From Candidatus Thorarchaeota archaeon (GTDB lineage Archaea; Asgardarchaeota; Thorarchaeia; Thorarchaeales; Thorarchaeaceae), in contig JAFGAR010000064.1 in assembly GCA_016933575.1 (NCBI GenBank), positions 116,902 to 180,901 of the forward strand: a stretch of DNA of 64,000 bases, written 5' to 3'. A model generated the notes under the pieces. That model had not been told where the DNA came from and did no database searches. It was given only the letters and a program-made list of their open reading frames with translations. Position numbers and translations under genes: made by a program. This document shows, piece by piece, positions 18,123 to 28,184 of this stretch. The stretch's first letter is position 1; each line of letters opens with the position of its first letter.

Positions 18123-19610
18123 TTATTGTCGCCTCCCACGTAATCTTGGATTAACTACCTTGTCTGCAGTGTGACTTATGAAGACAAAACCCAATGTTGT
18201 CAGCATTATAAGAAGTCCTGGTGGAATGAACCACCACCATCTGTTTGATAGTAGAGCTGCATTCTTCCAGGCCCAGTGTAGAAGAATTCCCCAACTTGGT
18301 TGACCATGGATGTCAACAAATCCAAGGAATGCAATACCCGCCTCACTGAGAATTGCATTAACGACTCCAAGAATCATGTTAGCCAATATGAGAGGTAGAG
18401 TATTTGGCATAATGTGATGGAACAGAATGTAGCTATCTGATGCTCCAAGCGCGTGGGCAGCCTCCGTAAGAGGACGTTCTCGAAGTGATAACGCTTCACT
18501 TCTGACCATCCTCGCGGTGCCCGTCCAACCTAATATTGCGATAACTACAATGACATTCTGCAATCCCTGCCCAAAGAGTAGTAAGAATATCAACATCAGG
18601 GGTAATGTTGGTAGACAAAGGAAAACATCTGTGATTCTCATTAAGACCGAGTCTAGGATTCCTCCATAGTATCCTGAAATGAGACCCACCGCTGTACCCA
18701 AGAATACAGACACAACGCTTGCTGTAAAACCGACAATGAGTGATATCTGCGATCCATATAACATTCTACTATAGATGTCTTCTCCTCTATGGTTTGTACC
18801 AAGAATGTGTTCTGGGCTTGGGGGTTGCAGGAGTTGGTCAAGTTCTAATGAACCAGCACCCCAATGGTATGGCGCTATGAATGGGGCAAGTAGGGCAATT
18901 GTAACAATAGTGCCAATAATGATAAGCCCAAACATTCCCATTTTGTGGTGTAAGAATTCTCTCCAGAATGATTCAATGTTGGGTCTCAAATTCCATGTGC
19001 CGTGGATTGCAATAGGTAGGAGGATATACATTGGAACTATGAATGCTATTGCAACCAACCCATACCAACCAAATGTGAAAGTGACAAATGGACTGAGAAG
19101 AATATCTGGTAGTGCAATCCATTCAGCTACTGCCCAGCCACCAAGAATTATAATTGCTCCATATCGATAAATCTTGAGTTCAATTTGGGACCAGTTTGCT
19201 GTAAGTTTTGGAGTCCAAAGAAAAGCACCAAAAGCCAAGAAAAGTCCCCAAACAATACCAAGATAGAATGATACTGCTAGGCAAATTGTCGCGATGAAGA
19301 TCTTTTTCCAATATTCACCAACTCTATGTGCGTAGAGCTTTTTGCCTAACACTCCAAGAAGCAGTGTTACTCCAAAGACACTAAGACCACCTATTCTTAC
19401 GTAGATTGAGAATTGATTTGAAAACACCTCTCCCAATGATGATGCGATTGCTAGAGATACACCTCCCACAAACATATCTACTAAAACTATGAGGGTGATG
19501 GATATCATTGCAAACGCCCCTAGGGATACAATTTGGACGTGCAGTGGTTTTCTTGGTTTATCCATTACAATTGTTTCTGTGACTCCTATTTGTTCATTGT
19601 TAGTTGCCAT
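18123..19610 (-). CDS. oppC: Oligopeptide ABC permease with extra N-terminal TM region
   Basis: HILGTNHRGEDIYSR, EAAHALGAS (EAA motif), WWWFIPPG, NPRLR. Confidence 0.9.
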   Translation of the reverse strand: MATNNEQIGVTETIVMDKPRKPLHVQIVSLGAFAMISITLIVLVDMFVGGVSLAIASSLGEVFSNQFSIYVRIGGLSVFGVTLLLGVLGKKLYAHRVGEYWKKIFIATICLAVSFYLGIVWGLFLAFGAFLWTPKLTANWSQIELKIYRYGAIIILGGWAVAEWIALPDILLSPFVTFTFGWYGLVAIAFIVPMYILLPIAIHGTWNLRPNIESFWREFLHHKMGMFGLIIIGTIVTIALLAPFIAPYHWGAGSLELDQLLQPPSPEHILGTNHRGEDIYSRMLYGSQISLIVGFTASVVSVFLGTAVGLISGYYGGILDSVLMRITDVFLCLPTLPLMLIFLLLFGQGLQNVIVVIAILGWTGTARMVRSEALSLRERPLTEAAHALGASDSYILFHHIMPNTLPLILANMILGVVNAILSEAGIAFLGFVDIHGQPSWGILLHWAWKNAALLSNRWWWFIPPGLLIMLTTLGFVFISHTADKVVNPRLRGRRQ

Positions 19611-19622
19611 TCTATCACCTCC

Positions 19623-20615
19623 TCAATATCTAATTCTCGGATCAAGGTACAGGTAGAGAATGTCCGCAACAAAGTTAGCTATTACTGTGATAGTTGCTAG
19701 GAATAAGAACACTCCCTGTAATACTGGATAATCTACTGATAAAACTGCATTATATGTTAGAAGGCCTAAACCACTCCAACTGAATACATATTCTGTCATC
19801 ATTGCTCCGCTAATCAAGTAGGGTATATTGACTGCAATGACGCTGACCATTGGAAGCATTGCATTTCTCATTGCATGACCATAGAGTATTGTACGTTCCT
19901 TCAGACCCTTTGCTTTTGCAGCAAGAATATAATCTTGAGTAAAAATGTCGAGAACTGTATCTCTCATGATAAGGTAGAATCCTCCAATGAACGAGAGTGT
20001 CAATACAATTAATGGTCCAGTCATGTGATGTAGATAGTCAAACATGTATTCGAAGATGTTTGCATGATCATATCCTCTTGTCACAGTACCAGCAAGAGGT
20101 AGAATATTCCATTGAAATCCGAAATAATATAGTATTAAAATGCCAATCCAGAAGACTGGTAAAGCGTATGCGACTAGAAATGTGACAGTGGAGCCTGTAT
20201 CTACAAGAGAGTCTCGCCTTGCTGCCGCAATCACACCAACAATCATACCAATGAAGATTGATATGAGTAATGATGTTCCCATTAATAGAAATGTGTTCAT
20301 GAACCTGAATTCGAATATGGTTTCGGTCACTGGTTCACCAAAGTGTTGGAATGAAAATCCTAAGTTTCCTTGAAAGAGATTGACTAGATATAGCCAGTAT
20401 TGCTCAAGTAATGGTCTATCTAAACCGAACCTCTCGATGACAGCAACCCTCAGTTCTGGAGATAATCCCTCTCCTAATAATGCTTGACGAGGGTCTCCAG
20501 GCATAACTCTGAAAATTATGAAATTGACTGTGATGATAATAAACCAAATGAGAACTGTCTGCAGTGCTCTCTGGCCAATGTATTTCCATGTACCAATGGA
20601 TTTGTCTCTAGACAT
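19623..20615 (-). CDS. oppB: Oligopeptide ABC permease
   Basis: MPGDP, FGLDRPL, AKAKGL, DYPVLQG, LDPRIRY. Confidence 0.92.
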   Translation of the reverse strand: MSRDKSIGTWKYIGQRALQTVLIWFIIITVNFIIFRVMPGDPRQALLGEGLSPELRVAVIERFGLDRPLLEQYWLYLVNLFQGNLGFSFQHFGEPVTETIFEFRFMNTFLLMGTSLLISIFIGMIVGVIAAARRDSLVDTGSTVTFLVAYALPVFWIGILILYYFGFQWNILPLAGTVTRGYDHANIFEYMFDYLHHMTGPLIVLTLSFIGGFYLIMRDTVLDIFTQDYILAAKAKGLKERTILYGHAMRNAMLPMVSVIAVNIPYLISGAMMTEYVFSWSGLGLLTYNAVLSVDYPVLQGVFLFLATITVIANFVADILYLYLDPRIRY

Positions 20616-20756
20616 ATTCTACTCTCCAATACTGCAAATAGTAGGATGAATCTATACAATTCCCCCTTAAAGAATATCGGACAAAGTAAGAATGAATTCC
20701 TGTCTGCTTTATTCTGAGTCAACACACAGAAACCCTGCAACAAAAAAGAAAAAGAG

Positions 20757-20776
20757 AAGGGACCAACTGGTCCCTT
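20757..20776 (-). terminator. Hairpin plus U-tract after oppA (operon 1)
   Basis: AAGGGACC-AACT-GGTCCCTT, followed on the minus strand by a T-rich run. Confidence 0.7.
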
Positions 20777-20790
20777 TAAAATCTAAACTA

Positions 20791-22539
20791 CTACCTGCGC
20801 TTCACAACAACGTAGATTATGATGACAGCAACAATGAGGACTCCTGCTCCAATACCAAGGAGTAGGGTTAGGTCCCCAGAACCTGGGACGATACCAGTAC
20901 CATCATCGTACATGAAGACCATTGTTCGTGGGTTGTAAGCTGTGAATGGACCACCAGGTGGAGAAGTCCAGTTTACCCATTCCTTCCTCAAAGCATGAGT
21001 GTCATCAGAGAGGTATAATGGGACATATGGTACATTCTCAAGAACTGCAACTTGAGCATCTTTGGCCTTATCCGCTAGTTGTGCTGGTGTTGCTGCAAGA
21101 AAGTCATCCATGATGTCATCTACAGTTGAATTGTCCAAGTGGAAGACGTTAGAGCCCCACTCAAAGATATTGGATGAGTGGCATCTCCACCAGAGAAAAT
21201 CAGGAATTGGAGTGTAACCATGAGCCATGGTGTACATCTCATACTCTCCAGTGTAGATTGCGTCATACATTGGACCATCATCTGTAACAACATTGGTGAG
21301 AGTGATATTCAGCTGTGCAACCTGAGATACTAATCCGTCACCAGTTGCGACTGAGATGTCATCCCAAGACAGAGTCAGGAGATCAAACTCAAGTTCTGCA
21401 GTTGGCGCAGTACCCGGGAAGTTTCTGTTCCCATCGCCATCATTGTCAAGATAACCTGCATCATCAAGAATCTGATTAGCTAAAGCAATATTCTCTGGCC
21501 AGACACCATCTTCATCATATAGATCTGGGTAGAAGACTTCAGGAATAGCGCTAGTCGTCTTTGTACCATAACCAAGTCTACCCACATTGATTAATTGAGT
21601 ACGGTTGACAGCATATGCAAGAGCTCTTCTGACTACAGTGTCATTAAGACCGTTGACAGTCATGTTGAATCCCCAGACATAGTCCCATTGGGAGGCAACC
21701 CCGGTGACTAGTTGTAGTTCTGGAGCATTTAGAATCTCTTGGACATAAGCACCAAAAACTTCGTAGCGTTCGGTATCAGCAGCACCATTTCTCATTGCGA
21801 GAATTCTGGCATCCTGACCAAGAACTACATCAATTCGTACTCGATCGATATTAGGTAGTTGACCCGCATTTGGATTATCAGGTCCCCACCAGTCATCGAA
21901 GCGCTCTAGTTCTGTGTACTCATCTGGTACTCGCTCAACATACTTGAATGGACCAGAACCAACGTGAGCAGTCACGTTGTCTTCATCATCCCAGCGAGAA
22001 TCGTCCGCAGGAATTCCTTCCCAGATGTGCTGAGGTAGAATGTAGATTTCACCTAGATTGTGAAGTGCAAATGAGAACAATTGATTGAACTCACACACAA
22101 CAACGTTACCGTATGCAGTAGCTGAAGTCATGTTCTGGAGCATTGTCCACCAATTGACATCTTCTGGTGCATCACGGATGTACTCGAATGTAAAAGCAAC
22201 ATCCTCTGCTGTCAAATTCTCACCATCGTGCCATTTTGCACTTTCTCTAATGGTGAAGTTGACCTGCAATCCACTTGTTGAAACCACATAGCTCTCAGCA
22301 AGCCACGGGATTATTTCCATATCGTCATCATAGGAGAGTAATGTATCATACACCAACATGTCATACCAGTGAGACCTTTCACTGCGCCAGAATAATGGAT
22401 TCAATTCTCCAATGTCTGAGCCATAGGCCATGACAAATAGCATCTCATCAGCTTGTGCTGTTACTGATGGAGCTGCCATTGCTGGGAAGAACAAGAACAT
22501 CGCCATGATAACGTAACATATTTTACGTTTTGATAGCAT
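20791..22539 (-). CDS. oppA: Oligopeptide ABC substrate-binding protein (family 5) with signal peptide and C-terminal TM anchor
   Basis: PWLAESY, KWHDGENLTAEDVAFT, GSGPF, VRRALAYAVNR; C-terminal hydrophobic helix ending in KRR. Confidence 0.92.
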   Translation of the reverse strand: MLSKRKICYVIMAMFLFFPAMAAPSVTAQADEMLFVMAYGSDIGELNPLFWRSERSHWYDMLVYDTLLSYDDDMEIIPWLAESYVVSTSGLQVNFTIRESAKWHDGENLTAEDVAFTFEYIRDAPEDVNWWTMLQNMTSATAYGNVVVCEFNQLFSFALHNLGEIYILPQHIWEGIPADDSRWDDEDNVTAHVGSGPFKYVERVPDEYTELERFDDWWGPDNPNAGQLPNIDRVRIDVVLGQDARILAMRNGAADTERYEVFGAYVQEILNAPELQLVTGVASQWDYVWGFNMTVNGLNDTVVRRALAYAVNRTQLINVGRLGYGTKTTSAIPEVFYPDLYDEDGVWPENIALANQILDDAGYLDNDGDGNRNFPGTAPTAELEFDLLTLSWDDISVATGDGLVSQVAQLNITLTNVVTDDGPMYDAIYTGEYEMYTMAHGYTPIPDFLWWRCHSSNIFEWGSNVFHLDNSTVDDIMDDFLAATPAQLADKAKDAQVAVLENVPYVPLYLSDDTHALRKEWVNWTSPPGGPFTAYNPRTMVFMYDDGTGIVPGSGDLTLLLGIGAGVLIVAVIIIYVVVKRR

Positions 22540-22651
22540 TCTCTATCCTCCATATAGGAAAGAGGTTTCCTACTTTCCAATTTCGATTATTATGGTATTA
22601 GTGCTTTAAGGGTTTCGAACTACGCGGAAAGAATTTCTTCAAAATAGTTGT

Positions 22652-23446
22652 TTACGTCATTTTTAACAAAACATTACGACATTCGGCGTATAACTCACAT
22701 AACCTCGAAAGCGCATGACCAGCTTTCAATGCTTCATTCATTGTCTTTGCTCCAGGGGTTTCGTAGATGACCAGACGTCTTGAACCATCATTTTTGAGAT
22801 ATTCAGCTATGACAGTTTCAGCATAGATCCTCTCTCCAACTTTCGCAGATGTGATAATATCCTTTGGAGAGCAATTGGTTACAAGGGAAGTGGCTAAGAC
22901 ATATGCATGAGACTCCATTCGTTCATCAATGAGTTTTTGTTCACGTCGAAGCCCTCCAGGGGATCTCGGAACAATAACAGCAATAGCTGATAGGGGATCT
23001 GCCTGCATTCTTTTTAGTTTCGGTCCCATCTCATCATCTTCTGTTTGAGCATACCATCTCTGTTCCAGAATATCATCAACTATGCTCTGCATCATGTCAA
23101 CATCTGTATATACTGCCTCGAATTCAACGCCTTCGATATCAGCTGATTCTAATGTAGCGTATTTTGGTCTCCAGAGTAACAATCTGTGATTTTGGTCTTG
23201 TACCTTGCCTATCAGTTCTTCATCGATAAGAGATGACACCTGTGATTGTATGTTTATCCTCGCATCCGTGATATCCAAATTGACTCTTCTGAATGGTCGA
23301 TACAATATCTGATATCTTTCCAAGACCTCGATGGGTTTCTTTTTACCAAATCCAATTGTTCTAGCATTCTTCGTGAGGTTTGCTTCTAGATTTGCCTTGT
23401 CCAGCCAATCTGCCTTCAATCCTTTTGCGAGGTCGTTTTCTTTCAA
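22652..23446 (-). CDS. Hypothetical protein
   Basis: 264-aa ORF with a TTG start preceded by a GTGA SD-like motif; no recognised motif. Confidence 0.65.
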   Translation of the reverse strand: MKENDLAKGLKADWLDKANLEANLTKNARTIGFGKKKPIEVLERYQILYRPFRRVNLDITDARINIQSQVSSLIDEELIGKVQDQNHRLLLWRPKYATLESADIEGVEFEAVYTDVDMMQSIVDDILEQRWYAQTEDDEMGPKLKRMQADPLSAIAVIVPRSPGGLRREQKLIDERMESHAYVLATSLVTNCSPKDIITSAKVGERIYAETVIAEYLKNDGSRRLVIYETPGAKTMNEALKAGHALSRLCELYAECRNVLLKMT

Positions 23447-23564
23447 TGTTCTATCACTATAGGCAATAATGTATTCTACATAAGATGTTTGCTAACTGAG
23501 AGTCGCATCGCTGAAATGAGAGGATATATCACAGAGAAATACTGCTGAATTTCAGGTGCTATGG

Positions 23565-24905
23565 ATGTTTGAAGCTGTCGCCCAATTCATTGATGACAAT
23601 GTGAACCATTCCATTGAGGCTCTCAAAAAACTTGTTAGAATCCCTACAGTTGCAGCTAAAGGAGAAGGTCTCAATGAGACAGCTGAGTTAGTCGAGAAGA
23701 TGCTTCAGGATGCAGGTCTACAGACCAAGATACATCAGACTACTGGTGCTCCTGTTGTGACGGGATGGTTGAATGTTAGCGCAAAGCGGACACTTCTATT
23801 CTATGACCATTATGACGTTCAACCTGCTGAGCCTCTTGAATTATGGGATTCTCCACCATTTGAACCCGAAATTCGTGAAGGCCGTTTATGGGGACGTGGG
23901 GTGGCTGATAACAAAGGTGATGCCACATCACGAATTTGGGCTATTAAAGCCTTCAAAGAGACCTCTACTAAATTACCAGTGAATATCAAATTCGTCATTG
24001 AAGGAGAAGAGGAGATAGGAAGCCTTCACTTACCAGAATATACGGAGAAGAACACGGATTTCATTACTGCTGATGGTGGAATATGGGAATTCGGTGGGGC
24101 TGGGGTAGATGGAGTGCAAGAGGCTTGGCTCGGTCTCAAAGGCATCTTCTTTGTTGAACTGGAAGTAGAGCGCCTCTCAAGGAATGTGCACTCAAGTCTT
24201 GCATGTACACTTCCATCCGCTGCTTATAGATTGGTTTGGGCTCTCAACACCTTCCGTGATGAGAATAGCAGAATACTGATCGATGGTTTCTATGATAACA
24301 TGCAGCCCCTCACACAGGCTGAATTAGAGGCGATTGAGAAGGTGGATCTCCATGAGGAAGAATTCAAAGATATCTACCAAATCGATGAGTATCTCAACGG
24401 ACTGAGTGGAATGGAGTTGAAGAAAGCCTATTATGGAAATCCCACTTGCAACATCTGCGGAATCACCAGTGGCTATCAAGGTAAGGGTTCTATGACAGTT
24501 CTCCCTTCTAAGGCATCAGTAAAGATTGATTTTCGCTTAGTTGAAGGGATGCATCCTGATGATATACACAAGAAGCTACGTAAACATCTCGATGACCATG
24601 GTTTTACTGATGTACGGGTCACTTATTTTGAAGGATATCCTGCCGCAAAGACACCTATCGATCATCCCTTCGTAAAAGTGGTTGAGGCTGCAAATAGACG
24701 TGTGTTTGGCGATCTTATCATTCATCCGACCAGCCCGGGTTCTGGTCCTCTCTATTTATTCAACAAGCACGTTCCAATGGTTTCCGTTGGTTGCAGTGAC
24801 CACCTTGGAAAGGCACACTCACCAAATGAGAGTATCTCTGTAGAGAATTATAGAAAGGCAATGCATAGAATTGTAGCCATAATTGATGAGATGAGCCGCT
24901 GGTGA
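23565..24905 (+). CDS. M20 family metallopeptidase/dipeptidase (ArgE/DapE-like)
   Basis: HYDVQPA, GRGVADNKG, EGEEEIGS, AHSPNE. Confidence 0.92.
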   Translation: MFEAVAQFIDDNVNHSIEALKKLVRIPTVAAKGEGLNETAELVEKMLQDAGLQTKIHQTTGAPVVTGWLNVSAKRTLLFYDHYDVQPAEPLELWDSPPFEPEIREGRLWGRGVADNKGDATSRIWAIKAFKETSTKLPVNIKFVIEGEEEIGSLHLPEYTEKNTDFITADGGIWEFGGAGVDGVQEAWLGLKGIFFVELEVERLSRNVHSSLACTLPSAAYRLVWALNTFRDENSRILIDGFYDNMQPLTQAELEAIEKVDLHEEEFKDIYQIDEYLNGLSGMELKKAYYGNPTCNICGITSGYQGKGSMTVLPSKASVKIDFRLVEGMHPDDIHKKLRKHLDDHGFTDVRVTYFEGYPAAKTPIDHPFVKVVEAANRRVFGDLIIHPTSPGSGPLYLFNKHVPMVSVGCSDHLGKAHSPNESISVENYRKAMHRIVAIIDEMSRW

Positions 24906-24930
24906 TTCAGCAGCTCATTTTTCTAAATTA

Positions 24931-26532
24931 TTAGGGAAGAGGAGGTCTCACTATGAGATCTTTCTCCCACTCAACATCAAAACCATACTCGATAGTGAGC
25001 TCCTGATTAGCCTCTAGCTTAGTTTCCCAGGTGATGACGCCAAGCTCCATCTTCTTGTAGGGAAGTGATGGTTGACCCATTTCAACAGTGATTTTCTCTG
25101 AACTGCTGTAGGGAATTCTGTCTACAATTCTGATTTCAATCTCTTTCTTTGAGAAGTTTTTGAGTTCGAGGGCATATTTGTATCCCCGTTTCTGCTTTCC
25201 ACGCGTCAATCCTGCCTTCTCTGTATCTTTCTCGATGAGTTTCTTTTCTGCCTTGACATCATAGGATGCTCTTGTTCCCAGTCTAAACTTCTCACGTGGA
25301 GCAATCGATTCAACGCTTGTTTCACCAATGAAATCGCCACTTGCGTACACCTTTACACCACCTGGAGGTATAACGAGATCACCATTGGTAATCTCATCTT
25401 GAGCAACGACCTCAGGCATAGCATAAGCATTCCAGTAATGCAGTCTCTTTGATTCAAATTCGTCGAGAACAAGAGTAATCGGATGCGGATCAGAGCTGCT
25501 CTCAATAGTTACATTGCCAGGGACATTATATGCTGTGATACCTCCAAATCCTTCAGATGCCTCAGCATATTCTTCAACCATTGGCTTAGCTTTAGGTTCC
25601 ATCAGCATATCCTCTTCAATTGATACTTCATCTCTTATTGCTCTAACTTCAATTTTGTCGAAACTCGTTCCTCCTGGTGGCCCTGATGGCATACCATACC
25701 CTGTCATAGGTTGTGGGTGGTATATATCCAAGTAGAAAGGCTGAGGTTTGACAGCTTCAACTGGCCTTGCAGATGCTGTAGATACGACAAGATTAACATC
25801 TTCCCAGTGTTCGCGCGAGTTGTTGTAGACTGAGGCAATGCGCTTCAAAGTAGTCTTTCCTTCACCAATGTCTACATCGTAGGTTGGATACCAACTCGCT
25901 AAGGAGAGTTGGTATGTCACTTCAAGTTCCAGAGTAGTACTCTCATTTGCTTCCAGGTCAATATATACCTCAGTCAAGGTCTCAGTTCTTCTCTCTCCAA
26001 GAATGCGTTGGATATTCTCTCTGAGTGTACTGATCTCTGCATCGATTCTCTCAAGTTCACGGGAAAGAGTCCTTAGGTTTTTCTTTGCATTCTTCAGGAG
26101 GTCCTGACTTGCCTTATCCATTTTTGTCAGGTTATCCATAGAGGATTCACCTGCACTATACCACTTTCCAAATTCTGTACTAAATTGGGTACCTATCGCA
26201 TTCAGGTGTGTTATTCTATTCTGTTCTGAGTTAATCTGATCCTGAATTCCTCTTCGTTCTTTTTCTAGAGTTTTTATTTTCTCTAGGAGGTCTTTTGCAT
26301 CACCCTTTGGTTCATAAGTCATTGTTGTTCGTTTCACGTCAATGCTACGTAATATCGCCTTTCCATGACCTTTAACACGAAAGCTATCCTGATGAGCATA
26401 TTCTGTGATGCCTGTGACTCGAAGTTTCTGTTCACCTTTTGGTATCTCAGTCTTACCTATTCGTGTTACCCTCGCACCATCTCGGAATACAGTCACTCTC
26501 GCAATTTTGGTTTCTATATCTCTCATTCTCAT
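24931..26532 (-). CDS. DUF4139/DUF4140 (mucoidy inhibitor MuiA family) protein, paralog 2
   Basis: VTVFRDGARVTR, DSFRVKG, long coiled coil, ASWYPTYD, LVVSTA, DRIP; GGAGG SD before ATG 26532. Confidence 0.85.
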   Translation of the reverse strand: MRMRDIETKIARVTVFRDGARVTRIGKTEIPKGEQKLRVTGITEYAHQDSFRVKGHGKAILRSIDVKRTTMTYEPKGDAKDLLEKIKTLEKERRGIQDQINSEQNRITHLNAIGTQFSTEFGKWYSAGESSMDNLTKMDKASQDLLKNAKKNLRTLSRELERIDAEISTLRENIQRILGERRTETLTEVYIDLEANESTTLELEVTYQLSLASWYPTYDVDIGEGKTTLKRIASVYNNSREHWEDVNLVVSTASARPVEAVKPQPFYLDIYHPQPMTGYGMPSGPPGGTSFDKIEVRAIRDEVSIEEDMLMEPKAKPMVEEYAEASEGFGGITAYNVPGNVTIESSSDPHPITLVLDEFESKRLHYWNAYAMPEVVAQDEITNGDLVIPPGGVKVYASGDFIGETSVESIAPREKFRLGTRASYDVKAEKKLIEKDTEKAGLTRGKQKRGYKYALELKNFSKKEIEIRIVDRIPYSSSEKITVEMGQPSLPYKKMELGVITWETKLEANQELTIEYGFDVEWEKDLIVRPPLP

Positions 26533-26537
26533 ACCTC

Positions 26538-28106
26538 CTATGGCAATCGTGGATGGATCGTTACTTCTTTCTCCCAAGCAACTTCGTACTCATATTCAAT
26601 GGCTGTCTTTTCGTTTGGCTGGATAATTCTATGCCACTCGACAATGCCTAGGTTCTCTTTCTCTATTCCTACCTTTTCCCAATATGATTTCACTTCTATT
26701 GCAGTGCTAACGCTGTGAGGTATCCGGTCAAACACATCAATCTCAACTGGATACTTTGAGAAGTTCTCTATTTCCAACCGGTATTTGTACGATCTTCTTA
26801 GTTTTCCTCGCATTACACCTGCTTTTTCCACTTCGCGGTGGACAAGTTTCTTCTCTGCCTTCACATCATACGCACTTCGTGTACCTATCTTGAAAGCTTC
26901 TCTTGGTGAGATTTGCTCTATTGAGGTCTCTCCGATATACTCTCCTTCAGCATATACTTTCATTTTGCCCGGTAGAATGACGTTATCCTTATTGGTCACT
27001 TTATCTTGAGCAACGACTTCAGCCATTCCATCTGCATACCAATAGTGAATGGTTGTTGAATCAAGTTCTTCTTCAACGAGTGTAACAGGATGCTTTTCAT
27101 TATCCGATGGGATGGTCATTGGTTTTTGAATCTCATACACGACAATACCTGATACAGTTTCAGTTGCCTCTGCGAACTCTTCCTCAATCTCCGGTGGCGG
27201 AGCTGGTGGTGCACTAGAAAGCATAGCTTTTGCAGCTGGTCTAGGTGCTTCTTTCTTCATCTTGCGATCGTCACTGCGCGTGCGCTCCATTTCTGGACTA
27301 TACACTCCTACATAGTATGGAGTCCCCTCAACAGCAACAACTGGACGCGCAGTAGCTGTAGACACGGTGAGACTGACTTTCTCCCAGTCTTCTTCTGTGC
27401 CATTATAGAGTTGAGCCATCCTGCGTAATTTTGTCTTTTTGAGAAGAAGGTCCACATCATATGTCGGATGCCATCTTGCATTATTGACTTGGTATGTTAC
27501 TTCTATTTCAATATCTGATTCTTCTGAGACTTCTAGTGATATCTCGACATTGACACTTGTTTCGGTCCGTCTTTCAGAATTGATTCTCCCAATATTTTTC
27601 CGAAGAACCTCGATTTTCTTTCTAATTTCCTCAAGTTCGTCTTCAAGATCCCGTTTGTTCGTTTGAGTATCAAATGTCATCTTTGAGGATTTCTTATCCA
27701 TCTCGGATAACTGACTAATGTCACCCTCATTCGCAGCATATACAAGCCCAAAGTAGTTTGAGAACTCTTGCATCATCATCTCAAGATTCCCTAGGCGTGT
27801 ATTCTGAAATTCGATGTCATCAACAAGTTCTTGCTCTTTCTTCTGAAGCTCTTTTAGTTCATTATGTAAGGGTTTCATATCTTCAGTAGGTTCGAAGACC
27901 TCTGAGATATACCTGACATCGATACTGGACAGTTTTGCAGGTCCTTTTCCCTTGACCCGAAAGCTATTGGTATCAGCATGGTCTGTGATTCCCTCAACAA
28001 CTAATTTTCTTGCACCCTTTCCGAGATGCAATTTGCCTATCCGCGTGACTCTTGCACCATCTCGGAAAATTGTAACTTTGGAAATATTTGTTTGAAGTTG
28101 TGTCAC
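26538..28106 (-). CDS. DUF4139/DUF4140 (MuiA family) protein, paralog 1
   Basis: VTIFRDGARVTR, NSFRVKG, coiled coil, ARWHPTYD, LTVSTA, DRIP; probable GTG start at 28106. Confidence 0.85.
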   Translation of the reverse strand: MTQLQTNISKVTIFRDGARVTRIGKLHLGKGARKLVVEGITDHADTNSFRVKGKGPAKLSSIDVRYISEVFEPTEDMKPLHNELKELQKKEQELVDDIEFQNTRLGNLEMMMQEFSNYFGLVYAANEGDISQLSEMDKKSSKMTFDTQTNKRDLEDELEEIRKKIEVLRKNIGRINSERRTETSVNVEISLEVSEESDIEIEVTYQVNNARWHPTYDVDLLLKKTKLRRMAQLYNGTEEDWEKVSLTVSTATARPVVAVEGTPYYVGVYSPEMERTRSDDRKMKKEAPRPAAKAMLSSAPPAPPPEIEEEFAEATETVSGIVVYEIQKPMTIPSDNEKHPVTLVEEELDSTTIHYWYADGMAEVVAQDKVTNKDNVILPGKMKVYAEGEYIGETSIEQISPREAFKIGTRSAYDVKAEKKLVHREVEKAGVMRGKLRRSYKYRLEIENFSKYPVEIDVFDRIPHSVSTAIEVKSYWEKVGIEKENLGIVEWHRIIQPNEKTAIEYEYEVAWEKEVTIHPRLP

Positions 28107-28184
28107 ACCTATCTCCCGCTCGCACGTATACACAAGTGCATTTATCTCTTGAGTCAATCAACATCAGGGAATATTGCGTGTTTT

